Source: Bdellovibrionales bacterium
Lineage (GTDB): Bacteria; Bdellovibrionota; Bdellovibrionia; Bdellovibrionales; JAGQZY01
Assembly: GCA_031426555.1 (NCBI GenBank)
Contig: JANPLN010000046.1
Location: 1-10,906, forward strand
Length of the DNA: 10,906 nt
Direction of reading: 5' to 3'
Shown here: positions 4,939-10,906 of the stretch, in pieces
Numbering within the stretch: position 1 is the first letter of the stretch
Layout of the letters: each line of letters opens with the position of its first letter
The notes under the pieces: generated by a model
What the model saw: only the letters and a program-made list of their open reading frames with translations
Databases searched by the model: none
What the model was told of the DNA's origin: nothing
Translations under genes and position numbers: made by a program

Positions 4939-5943
4939 ATGAAACCAATGATTTTATTCGCCATTGCCGCTCTCTTTTCGGTCTCATCCCAGGCGCTCTT
5001 GATCAACGGCGCGGGTGCCTCTTTTCCTGCCCCGATTTATTCAAAATGGTTTCTCGAGTACCAAAAAGAACAGCCAGATGTTCGCATCAATTATCAATCC
5101 ATCGGAAGCGGTGCGGGCATTACCCAAGTGGTCAGCCAAACAGTGGATTTTGGCGCCTCAGATGCACCGATGAAAGAAGAAGAGATTAAAAAATCAATTG
5201 TGCCAATTTTGCACATTCCCACCGTCATGGGTGCGGTGACAATCAGTTACAATCTTCCTGATTACCAAGGTGAACTCAAACTCACGCCAGAATTACTCGT
5301 AGCTATTTTTATGGGGCAAATTAAGACTTGGGACGATCCGCTCCTTCTTAAGTTGAACCCAAATCTTGCCTCTGTGGCCAACAAGTACATTCTTCCGGTT
5401 CAGCGCTCCGATGGCAGCGGAACCACCGCTATCTTCACTGAGTACTTGAGCAAAGTAAGTCCGGAATGGAAAACGAAAGTTGGCGAAGGCAAATCCGTGA
5501 GCTGGCCCACTGGTCTCGGCGGGAAAGGCAACGAAGGCGTCAGTGGAGTCGTAAAACAGAACCCCGGAGCCATTGGTTATGTGGAACTGACCTTCGCAAT
5601 GGCAAATAAACTGCGCACGGCGGTGTTAAAGAATTCAGCGGGGCAATTTGTAAAGGCTGATCTAACAACAGTCACAGCTGCAGCGATGGGCGTTCAGATC
5701 CAGGATGATCTTCGCATGTCGATTACAAATTCAACGTCCAAGATGGCCTATCCGATCAGCGCCTTCACTTATCTTTTAGTTCCGCAGCAAATGCCGAGAG
5801 AAAAAGGGCAGAAAATTCTTGAATTTCTTTCATGGGCCCTCGGCAAGGGACAATCGATGACTGGCGCGATGCACTATGCGCCACTTCCTGACAAAGTCAT
5901 TGCCAAAGCCAGGCTTAACATTCAGAAAATACAGCTGCAATAA
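4939..5943 (+). CDS. pstS: Phosphate ABC transporter substrate-binding protein
   Basis: INGAGASFPAPIY, NYQSIGSGAG, VDFGASDAP, RSDGSGTT, GKGNEGV, IGYVE and AYPI motifs. It has an SPase I-type signal peptide (SSQA|L). Confidence 0.97.
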   Translation: MKPMILFAIAALFSVSSQALLINGAGASFPAPIYSKWFLEYQKEQPDVRINYQSIGSGAGITQVVSQTVDFGASDAPMKEEEIKKSIVPILHIPTVMGAVTISYNLPDYQGELKLTPELLVAIFMGQIKTWDDPLLLKLNPNLASVANKYILPVQRSDGSGTTAIFTEYLSKVSPEWKTKVGEGKSVSWPTGLGGKGNEGVSGVVKQNPGAIGYVELTFAMANKLRTAVLKNSAGQFVKADLTTVTAAAMGVQIQDDLRMSITNSTSKMAYPISAFTYLLVPQQMPREKGQKILEFLSWALGKGQSMTGAMHYAPLPDKVIAKARLNIQKIQLQ

Positions 5944-5967
5944 ACTGTATTTTTTGAAGGTGAGTTT

Positions 5968-6891
5968 GTGGGCTCTAAAGATCTCATTCGCAATTCCGCG
6001 GATAAAACATACTATCTCTTCCACAAGACCATGGCATGGATGTTGGTGGCATTATTTTTCGCGATGATTTTTGTCATCGCAAAAATGTCGTTGCCTATTT
6101 TTGAGCGCGATGGTCTGGCGTTTATTACCGGACGCAACTGGTTACCAGCACAAAAAGTCTACGGAGCCCTTCCATTTATTTACGGTACCGTGGTCACATC
6201 TTTTTTGTCATTACTCATCGCCGTTCCCATAAGTATCAGCGTGGCTCTTTTTATCACCGACATGGCGCCCCCAAAAATTGGCAAAGTGGTGGGCTTTTTT
6301 GTCGAGATGCTAGCGGCTATCCCCAGCGTGGTTTACGGCATGTGGGGTTTGTTTGTTTTGGTGCCTTTTTTGCGAACTTTTGTTCAGCCATTTCTCAACA
6401 CCTACGTCACGTGGGTACCGATGCTCAACGGTCCGCCCTTTGGCCTTGGAATGATGACGGCAGCAATTATACTTTCCATTATGATCACTCCCACGATTAC
6501 AGCCATCTGCCGCGAAGTGTTTGCTACGGTTCCACAAATTCAAAAAGACGCCGCTCGCGGATTGGGAGCCAATCGCTGGGAAGTTTTAAGCTTGTCGGTT
6601 TTGCAGGGCTCTCTGCCGGGGATAATCGGTGCCACGATTTTGGGGCTTGGCCGAGCCATGGGCGAAACCATGGCGGTCACCATGGTGATCGGAAACGTGC
6701 CGAGAATCAGCGCGCAACTTTTTGAACCAGCGCAAACCATGGCAAGTCTCCTTGCCAACCAGTATGCAGAAGCGGATGGAGAAATCCACATTGCAGCTTT
6801 GACGGGTGTGGGCTTGATGCTTTTTGTTGTAGCGCTGGTGGTGAATCTTTTTGCTCGCTTAATTGTGTGGCGGGTGCGGAGTCAGCAATGA
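5968..6891 (+). CDS. pstC: Phosphate ABC transporter permease
   Basis: YGALPFIYGT, EMLAAIPSVVYGMWG, DAARGLGANRWE and LGRAMGETMAV motifs. GTG start with AGGTGAG upstream. Confidence 0.96.
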   Translation: MGSKDLIRNSADKTYYLFHKTMAWMLVALFFAMIFVIAKMSLPIFERDGLAFITGRNWLPAQKVYGALPFIYGTVVTSFLSLLIAVPISISVALFITDMAPPKIGKVVGFFVEMLAAIPSVVYGMWGLFVLVPFLRTFVQPFLNTYVTWVPMLNGPPFGLGMMTAAIILSIMITPTITAICREVFATVPQIQKDAARGLGANRWEVLSLSVLQGSLPGIIGATILGLGRAMGETMAVTMVIGNVPRISAQLFEPAQTMASLLANQYAEADGEIHIAALTGVGLMLFVVALVVNLFARLIVWRVRSQQ

Positions 6892-7721
6892 GTTTAAATT
6901 GGCGCAGCTTTAAAAGCCTTTTTATGATGAATCTAGTGCGGCTGTTCGCTTTGCTTGGCGCTTTGCCATTTTTTCTAATTACTTTTTATGTTTTTCAAAA
7001 AGGTTTTAGTTCGCTCAACGTAGAATTTTTTACCAAAGTCCCCAAACCACCGGGCGAAATGGGCGGCGGCATTGCAAACGCCCTGTGGGGAACGTGTCAG
7101 ATGGTTTCCATTGCCAGTTTAATGGCGGTGCCATGGGGAATCGTGGCTGGAATTTACCTGAGTGAATTTGGTCGCAGCAAAACGGCTTTCTTTTTGCGGA
7201 TGGCGGTGGATTTGCTCACCAGTGTGCCGTCGATTGTGGTGGGAATTTTTGTCTACAGCTTGCTCGTTGTGACTTTGGGGCATTTTTCTGGCTGGGCGGG
7301 TGCCGTGGCGCTGGCGGTGATCATGCTTCCATTTATTGCCCGCTCCTCCGAAGAAATGTTTCGTCTGGTTCCGTCCACGGTGCGCGAGGCGGGATTGGCC
7401 TTGGGACTTCCGCGGTGGAAAGTGATGTACTTTATTGTTTTTCCCACAGCGTTCAAAGGTGTGCTGACGTCGGTGATGTTGGCAGTGGCGCGAGTGACGG
7501 GTGAAACGGCGCCACTTTTATTTACTGCCTTAGGCAATCAATACTTTAACGAAAGTTTAAGAGAGCCCACAGCCTCGTTGCCTGTGCAGGTTTACAATTT
7601 TGCCTCCAGCGGTTTCGAAGATCTACAGCGCCAAGCCTGGGCGGGAGCTCTGGTACTTGTATTGTTTGTGTTAACGGTGAATCTTGCAACGCGATTGCTA
7701 TTAACCTCGAGAACTGCCTAA
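6888..7721 (+). CDS. pstA: Phosphate ABC transporter permease
   Basis: GGGIANALWGT, VPSIVVGIF, REAGLALG, ARVTGETAPLLFT and AWAGALVL motifs. ATG 6888 overlaps the pstC TGA (ATGA coupling). Confidence 0.96.
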   Translation: MSLNWRSFKSLFMMNLVRLFALLGALPFFLITFYVFQKGFSSLNVEFFTKVPKPPGEMGGGIANALWGTCQMVSIASLMAVPWGIVAGIYLSEFGRSKTAFFLRMAVDLLTSVPSIVVGIFVYSLLVVTLGHFSGWAGAVALAVIMLPFIARSSEEMFRLVPSTVREAGLALGLPRWKVMYFIVFPTAFKGVLTSVMLAVARVTGETAPLLFTALGNQYFNESLREPTASLPVQVYNFASSGFEDLQRQAWAGALVLVLFVLTVNLATRLLLTSRTA

Positions 7722-7743
7722 GGCGTTAGAAAGGGATTGAGCT

Positions 7744-8496
7744 ATGTCGATTCGAGTTGAAAATTTAAATGCTTGGTTTGGTGATCACCAAGTATTAAAC
7801 AACATCAGTCTGCAGGCTGTGGATAAAGAAGTGCTTGCGCTGATTGGTCCGTCGGGCTGTGGAAAATCTACGTTCCTCCGTTGTTTAAATCGCCTGCATG
7901 AAGAAACTCCAGGAGCCACCTGCGACGGCTCCATTTTGCTGGGCAACGAAAATATCAACGATCGCCGAATTGATTCGGTCTCCGTTCGCCGCAAAGTGGG
8001 AATGGTTTTTCAAAAGCCAGTTCCTTTTCCAGGTCTTACCATTTTCGAAAACACGGTTGCCGGTTTGCGACTGAGCGGCGTGCGCGACAAGACGATTTTA
8101 AAAACCGAGGCAGAGCAGGCTTTGCAAAAAGCCGCGCTGTGGGACGAAGTTAAAGACAAGTTGGATGCCCCTGGCACCAGTTTGTCAGGCGGGCAGCAAC
8201 AGCGCTTGTGCATCGCTCGCGCACTGGCTATTCACCCTCCCATTCTTTTGCTCGATGAGCCCACCAGTGCTCTTGATCCAATCTCCACCGCCGGCATCGA
8301 AGATTTGATCAAACAACTTAAAAAAACCGTGACCCTCATCATCGTCACTCACAACATGCAGCAGGCACAGCGGGTGGCCGACACCACAGCCTTTTTTTAC
8401 TTGGGCAAGCTGATCGAAATCGGAAAAACAGAGCAAATTTTTAAATCTCCACAAAAGACAGAAACGCAAAAATACATTGCCGGACGCTTTGGCTAG
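7744..8496 (+). CDS. pstB: Phosphate ABC transporter ATP-binding protein
   Basis: Walker A GPSGCGKSTFLRCLNR, VGMVFQKP, LWDEVKD, LSGGQQQRLCIARAL, DEPTSALDP, VTHNMQQA and C-terminal YIAGRFG. Confidence 0.97.
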   Translation: MSIRVENLNAWFGDHQVLNNISLQAVDKEVLALIGPSGCGKSTFLRCLNRLHEETPGATCDGSILLGNENINDRRIDSVSVRRKVGMVFQKPVPFPGLTIFENTVAGLRLSGVRDKTILKTEAEQALQKAALWDEVKDKLDAPGTSLSGGQQQRLCIARALAIHPPILLLDEPTSALDPISTAGIEDLIKQLKKTVTLIIVTHNMQQAQRVADTTAFFYLGKLIEIGKTEQIFKSPQKTETQKYIAGRFG

Positions 8497-8506
8497 AAAG
8501 AAGACC

Positions 8507-10204
8507 ATGAGAGACCTTTTACGAAAAAAGCCAATCAATCGCGTATTAAACGACAGCGCAGAAACTGCGACCCACTCAGCCCACGGACTCAAAAAGTCTT
8601 TGAACGTCGTCGATTTGACGTCGCTCGGAATCGCAGCAGTTTTGGGAGCGGGAATTTTTTCAACCATCGGCGCAGCGGCCTTTCATGGTGGCCCGGCAGT
8701 TTCGTTACTTTTTGTTTTTACCGCCATTGCCTGTGGCTTTTCGGCTTTGTGTTATGCGCAGTTTGCCTCCACAATTCCAGCCTCGGGCTCGGCCTACACC
8801 TACGCCTATGCAAGTTTAGGAGAGCTCGTCGCGTGGTTTATTGGTTGGACGCTGATTATGGAATACGCCATCGGCAACATCGCAGTGGCGATTTCGTGGA
8901 GTGATTATTTTACGGCGCTGCTTTATCAATACAATATTCCTTTTCCGGCGTATTTTTCCATGGATTTTGTAACGGCAAAAAAAGGCTTCGAGCTTGTGCA
9001 GCCACTGCTGGCCTCGGGTATGACCTTCGACCAATTGGCCGAGCAACATGTTTCGCAAATAAATATTTTAGGTTACGAAGCCTATCGTACAGCTCCTCAG
9101 GTTCTGGGCCTTCCATTGGTGGGAGATCTTCCCGCCGTCGCGATTAATATTTTTGCCACTTACATTGTGTACATCGGTATTAAAGAATCCAAGCGCGTGG
9201 CCAATGCCATGGTGCTATTGAAAATTCTAGTGGTGCTACTAGTGATCGGTGTGGGCGCGTTTTATATTCAACCCGCAAACCTAACGCCCTTTGCTCCTAA
9301 TGGCTTAGGCGGAGTTCTCAAAGGAATCTCCGGAGTGTTTTTTGCGTACATCGGCTTTGATGCCATTTCGACAACGGCCGAAGAGTGCAAAGATCCAAAA
9401 CGCGATTTGCCGCGGGCGATGTTTTACGCATTGGGAATCTGCACGTTACTTTACGTTTTGATGTCGGTGGTTTTAACCGGCGTGGCTAATTACAAGTTTT
9501 TAAATGTGGGCGATCCGCTGGCCTACGTTTTTGGGCCCGAGGGCGCCAACGTGCCTTGGGTTTCTGCGGTGGTGAGTGGAAGTGCCGTGATCGCGTTGTT
9601 TAGCGTATTGCTCGTGTTCCAGCTGGGACAACCGCGCATTTGGATGGTGATGGGTCGCGATGGTCTTTTGCCGAAAAAATTTGCAGAGCTTCATCCTAAA
9701 TATAAAACTCCGTGGTTTTCAACCATCATCACCGGCGTTTTAGTGGGCCTTCCCTGCCTGTTTATGAATCTCACAGAAGTTACGGATCTGACGAGCATTG
9801 GAACACTGTTCGCGTTTTTTATTGTGTGTATCGGAATTTTATTTATTGATTCGAGCCAAGCGAAGTTTAAAGTTTTCTACATTAACGGCCGTTGGTTTTT
9901 TCCGCTCGTTTACGCCTTAGTTTTTTACTACATCTGTGCTTCGCGACCGGATTTGCTCGCGGGTGAGGCGCCTCTCGGCGACAGCATTATATTTTCCGCT
10001 TATTTTGTTTTGATGACGGGCATCCTAGTGCTTGCCGTGATCAAGCAGTGGTCGCTGATTCCTTTGCTCGGAGCCACCACCTGCAGTTATTTGATGACCG
10101 AACTTGGAGTGGTCAATTGGATTCGGTTTGGAATCTGGTTAGCCATCGGAGCTGTTTTGTACTTTAGCTACGGTTATCGAAAAAGTTTGCTCGCTAACAA
10201 TTGA
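8507..10204 (+). CDS. APC-superfamily amino acid permease (cationic amino acid transporter-like)
   Basis: LKKSL..DLTSLGIAAVLGAGIF, GPAV, CYAQFAS..PASGSAYTYAY, FFAYIGFDA, PKRDLPRA, QPRI..MGRDGLLP, SIGTLFAF and C-terminal WIRFGIWLAIG..YFSYG. ATG 8507 lies 10 nt after the pstB stop. Confidence 0.93.
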   Translation: MRDLLRKKPINRVLNDSAETATHSAHGLKKSLNVVDLTSLGIAAVLGAGIFSTIGAAAFHGGPAVSLLFVFTAIACGFSALCYAQFASTIPASGSAYTYAYASLGELVAWFIGWTLIMEYAIGNIAVAISWSDYFTALLYQYNIPFPAYFSMDFVTAKKGFELVQPLLASGMTFDQLAEQHVSQINILGYEAYRTAPQVLGLPLVGDLPAVAINIFATYIVYIGIKESKRVANAMVLLKILVVLLVIGVGAFYIQPANLTPFAPNGLGGVLKGISGVFFAYIGFDAISTTAEECKDPKRDLPRAMFYALGICTLLYVLMSVVLTGVANYKFLNVGDPLAYVFGPEGANVPWVSAVVSGSAVIALFSVLLVFQLGQPRIWMVMGRDGLLPKKFAELHPKYKTPWFSTIITGVLVGLPCLFMNLTEVTDLTSIGTLFAFFIVCIGILFIDSSQAKFKVFYINGRWFFPLVYALVFYYICASRPDLLAGEAPLGDSIIFSAYFVLMTGILVLAVIKQWSLIPLLGATTCSYLMTELGVVNWIRFGIWLAIGAVLYFSYGYRKSLLANN

Positions 10205-10229
10205 CATCATGTGATGCTAAAAGTATCAC
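10201..10229 (+). promoter_or_regulatory. Putative hppA promoter with overlapping inverted repeats
   Basis: Perfect TTGACA (10201-10206), 17 nt, TATCAC (10224-10229). Inverted repeats are CATCA-TG-TGATG (10205-10216) and GTGATGCT-AAA-AGTATCAC (10211-10229). Confidence 0.45.
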
Positions 10230-10265
10230 TGTGCGTTCATCATAAAGTTTAAAAAAGGTGGTCCT

Positions 10266-10906
10266 ATGACAATCGAAAGTCTCATTCATTCCCCAGCCAT
10301 TGCGGGAGTTGTTGGTCTTATCATGGCGCTTGTTCTTTACTTCCGTGTAAAGAGCCAGCCCGCGGGCAACGAAACAATGAATCGCATCGCCGGTTATATT
10401 CGCGAAGGCGCCATGGCGTTTTTGGTTCGTGAATATAAAGTGCTCTTTGTTTATGCTGTTGTTGTCGGTTTGATTTTGGGCTTTGTGATGAGTTGGGTTG
10501 CGGCACTCAGCTTTGCCTTGGGTGCATTTTTAAGTTTGCTGGCAGGATTCTTCGGTATGAAAGCGGCAACCTACGCCAATGTTCGCACCACACAGGCTGC
10601 ATCAACGGGTTCTAAAGCAAAAGCGCTGATGGTTGCTCTCGATGGCGGCGCGGTGATGGGTCTTTCTGTGGCAGGTTTGGGACTTATCGGTCTCGGCGTT
10701 TTGTATTCGGTTTATAAAGGCCAAAACGAACTCGCAACAGTTCTTCACTCCTTCGCCGTGGGCGCAAGTTCCATTGCATTGTTTGCTCGTATCGGTGGCG
10801 GTATTTATACAAAAGCTGCAGACGTGGGAGCTGACATCGCTGGAAAAGTGATTCAAGGAATTCCCGAAGACGATCCTCGCAACCCCGGCGTCATTGCCGA
10901 CAACGT
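10266..10906 (+). CDS. hppA: Membrane-bound H+/Na+-translocating pyrophosphatase, partial (continues past the right edge)
   Basis: Manual translation from ATG 10266: [14 protein letters not shown]...[24 protein letters not shown]...[12 protein letters not shown]...GAVMGL...[49 protein letters not shown], which contains the M-PPase signature. SD-like AAGGTGG lies upstream. Ion specificity cannot be determined from this fragment. Confidence 0.96.
   Translation, partial: [213 protein letters not shown]

Noticed and set aside
403..8506. Longest-ORF starts at 403, 2857, 3944, 6867 and 8477
   Set aside because: Downstream starts (448, 2887, 4016, 6888, 8507) give proper signal peptides, SD spacing or stop-start coupling, and avoid overlap with promoters or neighbouring genes.
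680..9694. Numerous 60-160 aa alternative-frame or antisense ORFs inside mltB, the CREST genes, gpx, EamA, pst genes and the permease (e.g. 2045..2344, 6342..6725, 8185..8667)
   Set aside because: They overlap well-supported genes and show no motifs; these are expected shadow ORFs.
10321..10856. Track ORFs 10321..10506 (-) and 10602..10856 (-)
   Set aside because: They are antisense shadows of the hppA frame, which carries the unmistakable M-PPase signature.
1..10906. Defence system, prophage, mobile element, tRNA/rRNA or riboswitch
   Set aside because: No such motifs are visible. Intergenic gaps are all under about 100 bp and are accounted for by promoter-like or hairpin elements.

Overview
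A gene-dense bacterial chromosomal window with no mobile element, RNA gene or CRISPR array. Protein style suggests a diderm bacterium, possibly Bdellovibrionota-like; this is inference only. From left to right: a partial secreted hypothetical protein (-), missed by the ORF track because it runs off the edge; a compact MltB-family lytic transglycosylase; two different CREST-superfamily (alkaline ceramidase-like) membrane hydrolases lying tail-to-tail with stop codons sharing CTAG; a Cys glutathione peroxidase with a signal peptide; a short bacterioferritin-like protein lacking the haem Met; an EamA/DMT transporter; pstSCAB preceded by an 11-bp-period CTTAACC Pho-box-like repeat; an APC amino-acid permease where phoU usually sits; and the 5' part of a membrane pyrophosphatase (hppA), also missed by the track. 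The most notable observations are (i) the paired ceramidase-like genes, one with the full ACER-type motif set and abutting a peptidoglycan lytic enzyme, (ii) a recurring '-10 element, 6 nt, ATG' geometry at four genes that predicts leaderless mRNAs, and (iii) an MltB whose Ca2+ loop appears replaced by a Cys pair. All family calls come from motif recognition by eye; no searches were run.
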